DNA of 34,995 nucleotides, taken from NCBI GenBank assembly GCA_040880145.1, contig JBBDIZ010000013.1, positions 1 through 34,995 on the forward strand, given 5' to 3'. The translations under genes and the position numbers were made by a program. The notes beneath the pieces were generated by a model. That model was given only the letters and a program-made list of their open reading frames with translations. It did not search any database and had not been told where the DNA came from. The stretch comes from Simkaniaceae bacterium (GTDB taxonomy: Bacteria; Chlamydiota; Chlamydiia; Chlamydiales; JAJFMI01). Below are positions 18,194 through 28,017 of the stretch, piece by piece; position 1 is the first letter of the stretch; every line of letters starts with the position of its first letter.

Positions 18194-18477
18194 GGCTCTA
18201 GCTGATCGAGTTCTTTTGAAAGCTCTGCTATTTTCATTTTTTGAGTTTCAATGATCGTTTGAAGTTTTTCAATTTCAATATCGAGATACTGACCTTGCTC
18301 AATCAACTCTTTCCTAAGTGTTTCAATTTCAATCAGATTTTCACTATGTTGCTTTTGCATACGCTCATAGCGGCGTGCTCGAAGACTCTTTTTCTTGGCT
18401 TCAATGAATTCTCGATTTGCAGACGTTGCAAATAGGGAGGATCCAATACAAATTGAAAATAAAATAGTTTTAATCAC
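18190..18477 (-). CDS. Small exported coiled-coil protein
   Basis: Signal peptide MIKTILFSICIGSSLFA, heptad pattern, AGGTG RBS. Confidence 0.65.
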   Translation of the reverse strand: MIKTILFSICIGSSLFATSANREFIEAKKKSLRARRYERMQKQHSENLIEIETLRKELIEQGQYLDIEIEKLQTIIETQKMKIAELSKELDQLEP

Positions 18478-18514
18478 AGTAACACCTATTATTATTCGTG
18501 TTACTTGTTAATTA

Positions 18515-21427
18515 TCATCTTTTTATTTTTTTGGCAGTTTTATTTTTCTTTAGTTTTTCAATTTGTTGCATATTATGTTCTAATTCAGCTGCTTTTTCAG
18601 GAGGAATAATACCGAATTTGAAAAGCGCATGCGCAATATCGACTTTAAGCTCATTGCTAAAACGATCAAAGAGCAGGAAGGCTTCGTGTTTAAACTCGAG
18701 GAGGGGGTCCTTTTGCCCGACGACACGCAGGGAGACCTCAGAGCGAAGATGGTCGATTGAGAGCAAATGTTGCTGCCAGTGTTTATCTAAAAGGCGGATA
18801 AGCAAGTTAGTGAGGATGCCTTGAAGGGGAGTTTCAAGATCAATGGGTTGTTTCGATTGTTTTTGAATCCTTTCAATCATTTCTTTTTCGTGAGAAAGCT
18901 TTGTTTGAAAGGCTTCGATAACTTTATTGGACGCGCGCTTTTCAATCTCATCGATCGTAAGATAGTCATCATCGAATTCATCGTCTAAGAAGGTAACAGG
19001 GAAATGGGTCATAAGCCATTCGCGGTATCCTTTAGGATTCCAGCCTTCTTCGTCTTCTCTGGAAGAGAAGAATTTTTGGCTCATTTGATGACAAACATCT
19101 TCTAAGGCATCACAAGCAATGGAGTAAGTGTCCGTTGATTTTAGAAGCTCATTTCGATAGCTATAAACCTCTTGCCGCTGCTTATTCATGACATCATCAT
19201 ATTCGAGAGTATGCTTACGCATGCTATAGTTACGCTGCTCCACTCGTTTTTGAGCTGTTTCGATCGACTTATTTAAAATGGGGGCAGAGATAGGCTCTCC
19301 CTCAGGAGGGCGAAAGCGTTGAAGGAAAGCGGTTAGACGGGGAGAGGTGAAAAGGCGCATGAGAGAGTCTTCGAAAGAGACGTAAAATTTGGAGGTACCG
19401 GGATCTCCTTGCCGGCCGCAACGGCCGCGAAGCTGGCGATCGATGCGTCTTGATTGGTGACGCGTTGTTCCAATAACGTGAAGTCCGCCGCATTTTGCAA
19501 CCCCTTCTCCGAGCTTGATGTCTGTTCCTCGTCCCGCCATATTGGTTGCCACTGTGATCGCTTTGGATTGACCTGCATTGGCAATGATTTCAGCTTCATG
19601 AGCGTGATTTTTCGCGTTGAGGATCACATGGTCTAAGTGATTTTGTTTAAGAATTCGGGAGAGTTTTTCTGAAACCTCTACCGACTCTGTGCCGACAAGA
19701 ATAGGACGAGAGGCTCCATGAACTGATAAAATATCTTTTAAAATGGCATTGTATTTCTCGCGCTCTGTCATGTAAATTTCGTCATTTTCGTCTTGGCGCT
19801 TACAGGGGCGGTGAGTGGGAATTTCTAAAACATCGATTTTGTAAATTTCTTTAAATTCACTCGCTTCTGTAATGGCTGTTCCGGTCATGCCTGAAAGGCG
19901 GTCATACATTCGAAAGTAGTTTTGAAGCGTAATGGTGGCATAAGTCTGAGTTTCTTGTTGGATAGAAACGGATTCCTTTGCTTCAATCGCTTGATGCAAG
20001 CCATCTGAAAACCTACGACCGGGCTGGGGGCGGCCTGTGTTGTCATCGATGATTACGATTTTATCTTCCTGAACAATGTAGTCGACATCACGCTCCATTA
20101 AAAGATGGGCGCGGAAGAGTTGACGTAAGTTATGAGCCCGCTCTTTGCGGAGCGCATCTTTTTCACGGGCATCGACTTTTTTCTGCATCTTTTCCTGATC
20201 GGAAAGAGAGGGCTCTTCATCGATAAGGGCATACTCATGGCCGAGGTCGAACATCACAAAGTCATTTTTACTCTCTTCATTTCCTGAGGCTTCAGCCCAA
20301 GCTTGAATTCCCTTGTCGGTCAACTCATAGTCATTGGCCCGCTCGTCGACGATAATGAAGAGCTCGCTTAAGGCGGCGCTTTTTTCTTCTTTATTGGGAT
20401 CGGCAAAAAAATAGGTTTCGCAGTCATCTATTTTGGCACGGACATCGGGGTTTTCTTTTAAACGTTTTAAGACTTTATTTTTAGGAGTTCCCTTGCTCAC
20501 AACCCAGAGTTTTTTAAAGGCTTCATCTGCAATTTTGTTCTCTTCCTTGGAGAGCTTTACCTCTTCTTCTGTTTGACTGAATCCTAAAGAATCCAGGCTC
20601 TTTTTTGCTTCATTAGCAAGCTTGATACAGATGTCACGTTGCTTTTTGACAATTTGGGCAACGGAGCCTTTTAGGAGGTCATACATTTGGCGGGATTCTC
20701 CCGAGGGTCCGGAAATAATGAGAGGGGTACGCGCCTCATCGATCAAAATAGAGTCGACCTCATCGATAATGGCAAAATAATGGCCGCGTTGACATTGATC
20801 ATCGTGGTTCATAGACATGGAGTTGTCTCTTAGGTAGTCAAATCCAAATTCGGAAGCCGTGCCGTAGAGAATATCACAAGCATAAAGCTCTTTCCGCAAA
20901 TGAGGCGAAACGTTGTTGGTAAGCGCTCCGACGCTAAGGCCGAAATAGCGGAAAATAGCTCCGGTCCACTCAGAGTCACGCTTTGCCAGGTAATCGTTGA
21001 CGGTAACTAGGTGGACGGGTTTTCCGGTTAAGGCATGAAGGTAGAGGGGAAGGGATGCGGTTAAAGTTTTACCCTCTCCCGTCTGCATTTCTGAAATGGA
21101 GCCATAATGCATGGCGATTGCTCCGATAAGCTGAACGTCGTATGGAACCATATCCCACTTTTGATCATAACCGGAAACATGAAACTGCTCTCCGCAAAGT
21201 CTGCGGCAGACATTTTTGATAAGGGCGTAGGCCTCAGGAAGAAGAAGATCGAGATCTTCACCTTCGCAGGCGCGTCTTTTTAACTCGACATGCTTGTCCT
21301 GGATCTCTTGATCGCTTAAGGATTGAAAAGAGGTTTCAAAACGGTTGATTTCTTTAACAGCCTTTGCATATTTTTTGACTTGTCTTGATTGCGCGGTACC
21401 TAATACTTTTTTTAAAATTCCAAACAT
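18515..21427 (-). CDS. secA: Preprotein translocase ATPase SecA
   Basis: MQTGEGKTL, VTVNDYLA, DEVDSILIDEARTPLIISG, TNMAGRGTDI and QLRGRCGRQGDPG motifs. Confidence 0.98.
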   Translation of the reverse strand: MFGILKKVLGTAQSRQVKKYAKAVKEINRFETSFQSLSDQEIQDKHVELKRRACEGEDLDLLLPEAYALIKNVCRRLCGEQFHVSGYDQKWDMVPYDVQLIGAIAMHYGSISEMQTGEGKTLTASLPLYLHALTGKPVHLVTVNDYLAKRDSEWTGAIFRYFGLSVGALTNNVSPHLRKELYACDILYGTASEFGFDYLRDNSMSMNHDDQCQRGHYFAIIDEVDSILIDEARTPLIISGPSGESRQMYDLLKGSVAQIVKKQRDICIKLANEAKKSLDSLGFSQTEEEVKLSKEENKIADEAFKKLWVVSKGTPKNKVLKRLKENPDVRAKIDDCETYFFADPNKEEKSAALSELFIIVDERANDYELTDKGIQAWAEASGNEESKNDFVMFDLGHEYALIDEEPSLSDQEKMQKKVDAREKDALRKERAHNLRQLFRAHLLMERDVDYIVQEDKIVIIDDNTGRPQPGRRFSDGLHQAIEAKESVSIQQETQTYATITLQNYFRMYDRLSGMTGTAITEASEFKEIYKIDVLEIPTHRPCKRQDENDEIYMTEREKYNAILKDILSVHGASRPILVGTESVEVSEKLSRILKQNHLDHVILNAKNHAHEAEIIANAGQSKAITVATNMAGRGTDIKLGEGVAKCGGLHVIGTTRHQSRRIDRQLRGRCGRQGDPGTSKFYVSFEDSLMRLFTSPRLTAFLQRFRPPEGEPISAPILNKSIETAQKRVEQRNYSMRKHTLEYDDVMNKQRQEVYSYRNELLKSTDTYSIACDALEDVCHQMSQKFFSSREDEEGWNPKGYREWLMTHFPVTFLDDEFDDDYLTIDEIEKRASNKVIEAFQTKLSHEKEMIERIQKQSKQPIDLETPLQGILTNLLIRLLDKHWQQHLLSIDHLRSEVSLRVVGQKDPLLEFKHEAFLLFDRFSNELKVDIAHALFKFGIIPPEKAAELEHNMQQIEKLKKNKTAKKIKR

Positions 21428-21489
21428 TATTCAATCCCATCTAGTTGCTGCATCAATTTTACCAATATGTTATTTTAACGGGTAGTCCT

Positions 21490-22386
21490 ATGAGCCAAAT
21501 TTATGTACTTAATCGCCAAACGGGCCTTATTGAAGAAGAAAAAGTCTATGGAGAAGCGTTTTTAAAATTTCTCTATAATAAGCCGTCACGAATTAAATTA
21601 TTTTCTTTGATCACAAAGCCTTTTTTCTCAAAATTTTATGGTTGGGTTCAAAAAAAACATTTCACAAAACGAAAGATTCAACCCTTTATTGAGAAGTATG
21701 AAGTCGATTCTAGTGAATTTTATGATTTAATCCATTCTTTTCACTCATTTAATGAATTTTTCATTCGAAAACTTAAGAAAAAGGCGCGTCCCCTTGCTTC
21801 ATCGCCTCTTGTTATGCCGGCTGATGGACGTTACCTTTTTTATCAAAAAATAGAGAGTCGCGATTCCATTGAGGTCAAGGGGCAAAAATTTTCTCTTGCA
21901 GAGCTTCTTCAAGATCGAAAAGAGGCTGAGCGCTATCAGGGAGGATCTATGATTATCGCGAGACTCTGTCCAACAGATTATCATCGATTTCATTTTCCCT
22001 GCAGTGGATTCGTTGGAAAGCCGCGCCTTATAAATGGGCCCCTTTTTTCAGTGAACCCTCTAGCACTCAATCAGAAGATCTCCTACTTATCAGAAAATAA
22101 ACGCTATATTACTCCCATTCAAAATTCTGAGATTGGCCGAGTCCTTTATGTTGAGGTAGGAGCGACCTTTGTTGGAAGTGTTCATCAGACTTATCCTTTT
22201 GAGACCGAACAAAAAAAGGGAGCTGAAAAAGGCTATTTTGAGTTTGGAGGATCGTGTTTGATTCTTCTTTTTGAGCCGGATCGAATTATAATGGATGAAG
22301 ATCTTAGATCAGCATCAGCTAAGGGGCTGGAGGTTAAGGCTCAAATGGGAGAGAGCTTAGCTCGTTGCAAATTGGACAATTCTTAA
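21490..22386 (+). CDS. psd: Phosphatidylserine decarboxylase proenzyme
   Basis: SFNEFF.R, PADG, RLCPTDYHRFHFP and FGGS self-cleavage motif. Confidence 0.95.
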   Translation: MSQIYVLNRQTGLIEEEKVYGEAFLKFLYNKPSRIKLFSLITKPFFSKFYGWVQKKHFTKRKIQPFIEKYEVDSSEFYDLIHSFHSFNEFFIRKLKKKARPLASSPLVMPADGRYLFYQKIESRDSIEVKGQKFSLAELLQDRKEAERYQGGSMIIARLCPTDYHRFHFPCSGFVGKPRLINGPLFSVNPLALNQKISYLSENKRYITPIQNSEIGRVLYVEVGATFVGSVHQTYPFETEQKKGAEKGYFEFGGSCLILLFEPDRIIMDEDLRSASAKGLEVKAQMGESLARCKLDNS

Positions 22387-22963
22387 TATCGTGGCCTTTT
22401 GCTTTGCAATAGGCTCGAGCATAGTAGATGATTTGAAGATGAAGCTTAATCCAGAGAGTTTTAGGAAAGATTTTCTTTAAGTCCTTTTCTGTTTGAACCA
22501 CATTTTTTCCGGAGCTTAACCCCCATCTTTTCGCTAAGCGATGAATGTGCGTATCGACGGGAAAAGCAGGAATCTGAAAGGCTTGAATCAAAACAACAGA
22601 AGCGGTTTTATGACCAACACCTGGGAGCGCTTCGAGCTCCTCGAGTGATTTTGGGACTTGTCCTTTATGAGACTTGAGTAAGTCCTTTGATAATTGGTGG
22701 ATAGCTCTTGCTTTTTTGGGACCGAGACCGACTTTGCGGATACGATCTTCAATAACGTGAACGGGAAGTTTTTCCATTTTTTCAGGAGTGTCTGCCAGTT
22801 GAAAAAGTTCCGGAGTGACTTCATTGACCCTTTGATCAGTCGATTGAGCAGAGAGTAAAACGGCAATTAAAAGGGTGTAGGGATCTTTATGCAGAAGGGG
22901 GATTTTTGGACTTGGAAAAAGAGATTCAAGCCACTTTAAAATTATTTGGGCTCTTTGATTCAT
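22334..22963 (-). CDS. nth: Endonuclease III
   Basis: LLIAVLLSAQSTD, HhH LPGVGHKTA, VDTHIHR and a C-terminal Cys cluster. ATGA overlap with mnmE. Confidence 0.95.
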   Translation of the reverse strand: MNQRAQIILKWLESLFPSPKIPLLHKDPYTLLIAVLLSAQSTDQRVNEVTPELFQLADTPEKMEKLPVHVIEDRIRKVGLGPKKARAIHQLSKDLLKSHKGQVPKSLEELEALPGVGHKTASVVLIQAFQIPAFPVDTHIHRLAKRWGLSSGKNVVQTEKDLKKIFPKTLWIKLHLQIIYYARAYCKAKGHDIKNCPICNELSSLPFEP

Positions 22964-24318
22964 TTTCCGACACAAAAATTTGAAAAAATGGCGCTTAAAA
23001 TATCTTCTGAGACATCTCGCCCGACAATTTGGCCTAAGGAGAAAAGGCAGGAGCGAATATCCATGACAATAAACTCAGGAGACTCTTCATCGATTAGCCC
23101 TTGAATGACTTTATCTAAGGAATCGCGCGCTTCTTTTAAGGCCTTAAAGTGGCGCTCTTCAGTTAGAATTACCGTTTCGCCCTCTCTTTTTTTTGTGATC
23201 GCTTTTTTATAAATTGCATCCTTTAAACTTATGATTCCCTCTTCTTTTTTAGCGGAAATCGGGAGAGCTTGGAGTTTTTCAAGAAGAAGTGAAGGATGAG
23301 ATGAAAGATCGGTTTTATTGAAAATGACAAGTGTTTTTTCAAAGTTGGCTTCTTGAAGAAGACGCCTTTCATCTGAGTTTAGGGGGCGGGTGGAATCGAG
23401 TACAAAAAGAGTAAGGTCAGCTTCATCTTTTTTATTAAGCGAGCGCCTGATGCCCTCCTTTTCGATGATTTCATCAGTTAAGCGAATGCCGGCTGTGTCG
23501 GTAATATGAAAATGAAGATCTTTAATTTTAAACTCTTCCTCGATGAGGTCGCGAGTGGTTCCTGCAATATTTGTGACAATGACGCGCTCCTTCCCAAGAA
23601 GAAGGTTCATCAGAGAAGATTTTCCGACATTGGGAGCTCCGATTAAGCAGAGGGAGACCCCTTCTTTGTAGAGTTTTCCCTCAGAGAAGCTTTCTATGAA
23701 AACATTCATACGTTCGCAAATTTTCTCTAGCTGCAACTGAATCTCTTCAAAACTTGCAAAAGCCAGACCCTCTTCCGGATAATCAATCCACGCTTCAAAA
23801 ATTGCGGCAATTTTTGAAAGCTCTACCTGAAACTCTTGAATTTTAGCAGATAAAGCCCCCTCTAGCTGAGCTTTTGCAGAATGTAAGGCATTTTCATTTT
23901 GAGCCGAAATCAATGATTGGACAGCTTCAGCCTGGCTAAGATCCATTTTTCCATTGATAAAGGCGCGGAGTGTGAATTCGCCGGGGCCAGCCGCCCGTGC
24001 TCCAGCCTCTAAGCAGCGCTTTAGAACTTTTTGTGTAATCAAGCGGCCTCCATGGCAATGGATTTCTACCACATCCTCTCCTGTGTAAGATCTAGGAGCT
24101 TTCATGGGGAGAAGCAGAACCTCGTCAATTGCGCTCCCTTTGAAATCGAGCACCTTGCCATAGTGCGCCTTGTGTGTAGTAAAATTTTGAACAGAACGCG
24201 AAAAGATTTTATTAGCAATAGCTAGCGCTTCCTTCCCGGAAAGGCGGATGATCGCAACTCCGCCCTCTCCGGGAGGTGTCGCGATTGCAGCAATGGTATC
24301 TTCTAAGTTTTCATTCAT
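22960..24318 (-). CDS. mnmE: tRNA modification GTPase MnmE (TrmE)
   Basis: DTIAAIAT, GAPNVGKSS, GTTRD, DTAG, NKTD and terminal FCVGK. Confidence 0.97.
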   Translation of the reverse strand: MNENLEDTIAAIATPPGEGGVAIIRLSGKEALAIANKIFSRSVQNFTTHKAHYGKVLDFKGSAIDEVLLLPMKAPRSYTGEDVVEIHCHGGRLITQKVLKRCLEAGARAAGPGEFTLRAFINGKMDLSQAEAVQSLISAQNENALHSAKAQLEGALSAKIQEFQVELSKIAAIFEAWIDYPEEGLAFASFEEIQLQLEKICERMNVFIESFSEGKLYKEGVSLCLIGAPNVGKSSLMNLLLGKERVIVTNIAGTTRDLIEEEFKIKDLHFHITDTAGIRLTDEIIEKEGIRRSLNKKDEADLTLFVLDSTRPLNSDERRLLQEANFEKTLVIFNKTDLSSHPSLLLEKLQALPISAKKEEGIISLKDAIYKKAITKKREGETVILTEERHFKALKEARDSLDKVIQGLIDEESPEFIVMDIRSCLFSLGQIVGRDVSEDILSAIFSNFCVGK

Positions 24319-24329
24319 AAGTTTAAGAA

Positions 24330-24358
24330 ATTATACTGTATGGGGGAAATTTTTTCAA
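24330..24358 (-). promoter_or_regulatory. sigma70-type promoter of mnmE-nth (copy 1)
   Basis: Minus strand TTGAAA-aaatttcccccatacag(17)-TATAAT. Confidence 0.75.
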
Positions 24359-24450
24359 ATTTGTCAAAATTTTAAATTATTTTTTATATATTTACTTTTT
24401 ATTATTAATTTGTTAAACTTATATTTAAATAATTCTCAAAGAGGTGCGGT

Positions 24451-25107
24451 ATGTCAAAAGTTTTAATTTCAGATCCAGAATATTATTTGAATAATTGTTT
24501 TAGTCTTACTTCTGGAGATTCCCAAGATCCAGATGAGATCAAAGCAGCTAATTTTGATTGCTCTGTTATAGATTTAAAAGAATTAAAAAACTCGAATGAT
24601 AGGCTTTATAAAAAATCTTTACAGAAGCTTGTGATTTTAAAAACTCAAAAATTTTTTTTAAATGAAGTAGAAAATCAAAAAATTAAAATTCAAACATTTG
24701 TTAATCAAAACTCTAATATTGAACACGACGCTTTTCTTATTGATGATCGCTACAATTTTTATAATGTAGCACCACTAACCCTTATAAGAGAAATGGCGTT
24801 AGGAGAATTTACTTTTAAAGTTTTTGATAATTATCACCCTATTGGTTTCAATGAATTTCTATGGGTTCCACTTGACGACAGCTATGTTTTAGATCGTGTA
24901 AGGATTTTACAGGATATTAAAAAGCTTGATAATAGCGAGAAAAGTCTTGAATATTTACGAAATATGAATATTTCAAAATTTGAAATTCAAGACTACGGAA
25001 CATTGCAAAGTATTTTAAATGCAAACGTGAAGAAACAGTTTTCTATAGCTGAAAAGCTTCTTCAAGAATATGGAAATCAACTGATTTCTAATAACTCGAA
25101 TAACTAA
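24451..25107 (+). CDS. AT-rich hypothetical protein
   Basis: GAGGTG RBS, 218 aa, visibly more AT-rich than the core genes. Confidence 0.7.
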   Translation: MSKVLISDPEYYLNNCFSLTSGDSQDPDEIKAANFDCSVIDLKELKNSNDRLYKKSLQKLVILKTQKFFLNEVENQKIKIQTFVNQNSNIEHDAFLIDDRYNFYNVAPLTLIREMALGEFTFKVFDNYHPIGFNEFLWVPLDDSYVLDRVRILQDIKKLDNSEKSLEYLRNMNISKFEIQDYGTLQSILNANVKKQFSIAEKLLQEYGNQLISNNSNN

Positions 25108-25109
25108 AT

Positions 25110-25283
25110 CGGGAGGAGTATGCTTTAAAAACTTCTCTTAAGTAAGCGGTTGAAGCTTCTTCTGAAAGGTATTTTTCTGCAAACTCCCTTCCATTTTCAG
25201 CAATAAACTCCCCATCAGTTGCACTTCTTATTGAAGCATTTAAATCCGAAAAATCGGAAGAGATAGGGATATAATGGGTAAAA
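25110..25283. repeat. 174-bp perfect direct repeat of 28840-29013 (3' end of the minus-strand GT90 gene)
   Basis: cgggaggagtatgctttaaaa...agatagggatataatgggtaaaa is identical at both sites on base-by-base reading. Confidence 0.95.
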
Positions 25284-25284
25284 A

Positions 25285-25313
25285 ATTATACTGCGTCGGG
25301 GGAAATTTTTCAA
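25285..25313 (-). promoter_or_regulatory. Diverged duplicate of the mnmE promoter (copy 2)
   Basis: Minus strand TTGAAA-aatttcccccgacgcag(17)-TATAAT. The spacer is homologous to that of 24330-24358. Confidence 0.7.
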
Positions 25314-25331
25314 GTATCCACCTCCTGAAAG

Positions 25332-25746
25332 CAGGGGACTAATCATTCTTCGAGACCATGTTTAGAGAAACTGCTTCTTTATTCTGCGAACAATCTACAA
25401 ATGATCCGTCGACGAACCAAAGATGGAAAAACTACAAAGGAAAAAATTTACTACATTTCAGATCTTGATATAGATGCAAGAAAAATAGCTAAGGCAATCA
25501 GAGAGCATTGGGGAATAGAGAATGGATTACATCATGCTTTGGATGCGGTCTTGCAAGAAGATGGGCACATATCGAGACCGAAATGGTGCATGTAATTTTT
25601 CAGCCGTTCGAAAGATTGTATTAGCGGCATTTGAGAAGAGTCTAACGAAGAAGAAGTACTCGAAAAAGGTCAATCGACTATAGTAGCGGTCAATACTGAA
25701 TTCAGGAATGCTTGTTTAAAAATTTTTTTTAATGATTGGGATCCTG
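25332..25746 (+). mobile_element. Internally deleted ISAs1-family element
   Basis: YYISDL...IREHWGIENGLHHALD...ED C-terminal transposase fragment. Imperfect terminal IRs CAGGGGACTAATCATT / AATGATTGGGATCCTG (12/16). Confidence 0.8.
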
Positions 25747-25823
25747 ATAAAACTTGAATCTGTTTGTGAGATAAAATATGGGAAGGTATTATTTATTGAA
25801 GATACGTTTAAGGATTTATTGGG

Positions 25824-27341
25824 ATGTTTAAGTCTGCCTTTGCTTATGATGAAGGGGTCATTTTCTACTTTGATCTTTTGGGAAATAAATATGTTGCACA
25901 AGGAGGAAGTCTTGCCTGGCGTTTAAATAACCCTGGATTGGTCAGAAGCCGTTCTCATTTTACTAGAAAAAACGGATCTATTGGATCTTATGCTGGGTTT
26001 GCTATTTTTTCTTCTCCTCAACAGGGAAGGAAGGCTCTAATAGACTTGTTAAGAGCAAAAAAATATTTCGCCTCAACACTACGGACAATTGGAAAACTTT
26101 ACCAGCCAGAAAATCCTGAAGGATACGCTTCTCGTTTGGCTTCTATTCTCTCAATTTCTTTAGAAAAAAAGATAAATTCTTTTTCTAAAGAGGAATTTGA
26201 TCACCTGATCGTTTCAATAGAAAAATCTTGTGGATATTCTTTTTCAGGTAGTGAAAAATTTATTCTTCTGCCTAAAATTTATGCCCATATAGAAAGCAGT
26301 CAAGGTAAAGATCTATATTTAGTAGGAAACAATGCCCTTCTCTCAAAAGAGGAAGTTATCGAATGGATTTCAACACATCGTTTGGATGGCGTTCTTGTTC
26401 ATCAAAATGATGGTAGTACTTATATCCGCTCTCGACCTACTTACACCATGTGGAACATCCATATACCTGCAGATGGTTTACCTCCATTAGAAGGTAAAAT
26501 AGACACACTCATAAGAATTGTCGGAGAAAAACGAGAAAATCAATGTATCTGGGGATTTATCAATGGTGTTTGGAATCCGAAAGAGAATGCGTTAAAATCC
26601 GCTCATTTGATCTCAAGTTTGACAGGCGGCGAGCAAGTACTATCGATGCCAAATGACATGTTAGGATGGTTGGATGATTTGGGAGTTTGTGTTCTTCTTA
26701 AAATCGGTATTGATACCCCAGTTGTTCGCTTAGCAGTGAAGTTTTTAAAGCATTTACTCCTTTTATCAAATAAAGATAGTTTAAATTTACCGGTAATTGT
26801 TTTTGCTCATAGTATGGGTGCGATTATTTGTGAGCACGCTCTTGAATTGCTGACCCACCAAGAAAGACAAAAAATTCGTTTTTTCACATTTGGAGGAGGA
26901 TCTTTTATTTCTCCTGGTAAATGCCATCCAGACTCCTGCAATTTTGCTAGTGCTAACGATCTCATTTGTTTATGCGGTTCTCCAAATTTTCGTACACTAG
27001 CTATGCGACGTTATATCGCCCTTAAGGAAGGTTTGACACAAGGCCAGATGATTGCAAAATGGGCTCGAGAAGATAGCATTCTTTATTTAGATACAATAGA
27101 AGCTCGAGTAATTCAAATTTTCGAAAAAAAACGAGTTGCATACTATGAGGAACTATTAGAGAAAATCAGCAATGTCACTATCTTAGATTCTGGATCAGAG
27201 TACGAACATTCATTTTGCAATGAGTGCTATCAGAAAGAAGTTGAAACTATTACGGAAAAGTACAAAAAAAGCTCTAAGCCTACGCCAACTGCATCTATTA
27301 ATTTAATGGATTATGCTATACCGTTTTGGAATGAAATCTAA
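25824..27341 (+). CDS. Multidomain protein: lysozyme-like (WRxNNPG) + DUF3892-like + alpha/beta-hydrolase (DUF687/lipase-like)
   Basis: GGSLAWRLNNPG...FAIFSSPQQG...YQP; LSKEEVIEWI...V....G.TYIRSRP; FINGVWN...AHSMGA...TFGG...D...H. Confidence 0.65.
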   Translation: MFKSAFAYDEGVIFYFDLLGNKYVAQGGSLAWRLNNPGLVRSRSHFTRKNGSIGSYAGFAIFSSPQQGRKALIDLLRAKKYFASTLRTIGKLYQPENPEGYASRLASILSISLEKKINSFSKEEFDHLIVSIEKSCGYSFSGSEKFILLPKIYAHIESSQGKDLYLVGNNALLSKEEVIEWISTHRLDGVLVHQNDGSTYIRSRPTYTMWNIHIPADGLPPLEGKIDTLIRIVGEKRENQCIWGFINGVWNPKENALKSAHLISSLTGGEQVLSMPNDMLGWLDDLGVCVLLKIGIDTPVVRLAVKFLKHLLLLSNKDSLNLPVIVFAHSMGAIICEHALELLTHQERQKIRFFTFGGGSFISPGKCHPDSCNFASANDLICLCGSPNFRTLAMRRYIALKEGLTQGQMIAKWAREDSILYLDTIEARVIQIFEKKRVAYYEELLEKISNVTILDSGSEYEHSFCNECYQKEVETITEKYKKSSKPTPTASINLMDYAIPFWNEI

Positions 27342-27345
27342 AAAT

Positions 27346-27994
27346 TAGACTTGTTTAAAAAACCTTAGATCTGCCTAAATACTTAGGTATGAAAAACTTC
27401 TTAAAAGCTGATGAGAGAGCCAGCTTACAAAAACAGCATAAAAAAGAGCGAAATAAGAGGATCTGTGATCGCATTAAAGCTGTTTTACTCAAAGATGAAG
27501 GCTGGACATGGATGCAAATTGCCCATGTTCTGCTTCTTTCGGAAGAAGTACTTCGAGTACATCTAAAAGATCACCATAGCTCAAAAAAGCTAAAACCGGA
27601 AAATGGGGGTTCTGAAGAAAAACTTTTTTTAGAACAATCAAAAAAGTTGATCGAACACCTCGGGAAATACACCCATCTCTACACCAAAGATATTGCGGCT
27701 TATGCAAAGGCAGCTTACGGCGTTGATTATAGTGTGTCAGGGATGACCTACTGGCTAAAAAGAAACTGGTTCTCCTACAAAAAACCTTCGTTAGTTCCTG
27801 GCAAAGCAAATCGAGAGGTCCAACACTTACTATGAGTTCTTCGACGATTTCAAACAGGCAATTTTCGGCTTTTAGAGGGTCTTTCAAGGTTAGATCCAAA
27901 ATCCGAATTTGGTCAGGCATTTGCTTCTCGCGTGAGGGATCAATTTAGAGCAATAGGTGCTCCTATATCCAATTTTTGATTTGAGATAGGTATA
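27346..27994 (+). mobile_element. Internally deleted IS630-family element
   Basis: N-terminal HTH region (DRIKAVLLKDEGW...FSYKKP..VPGKA) is joined directly to the extreme C-terminus (YYEFFDDFKQAIFGF...RVRDQF), so the DDE core is absent. TA-bounded degenerate IRs. Confidence 0.8.
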
Positions 27995-28017
27995 TGTTTA
28001 AAAAGGGGGGGGCGATT

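Noticed and set aside
18560..18590. dif-like string (tattatgttctaat)
   Set aside because: Only a partial XerD-arm resemblance, inside secA coding sequence, with no XerC arm.
20100..20680. Long insertion in the SecA preprotein-binding region as a possible intein or novel domain
   Set aside because: No intein Cys/Ser...His-Asn termini. To my knowledge such helical insertions are normal in chlamydial SecA.
27489..27920. 143-aa minus-strand ORF
   Set aside because: It is a shadow of the IS630 relic on the opposite strand.
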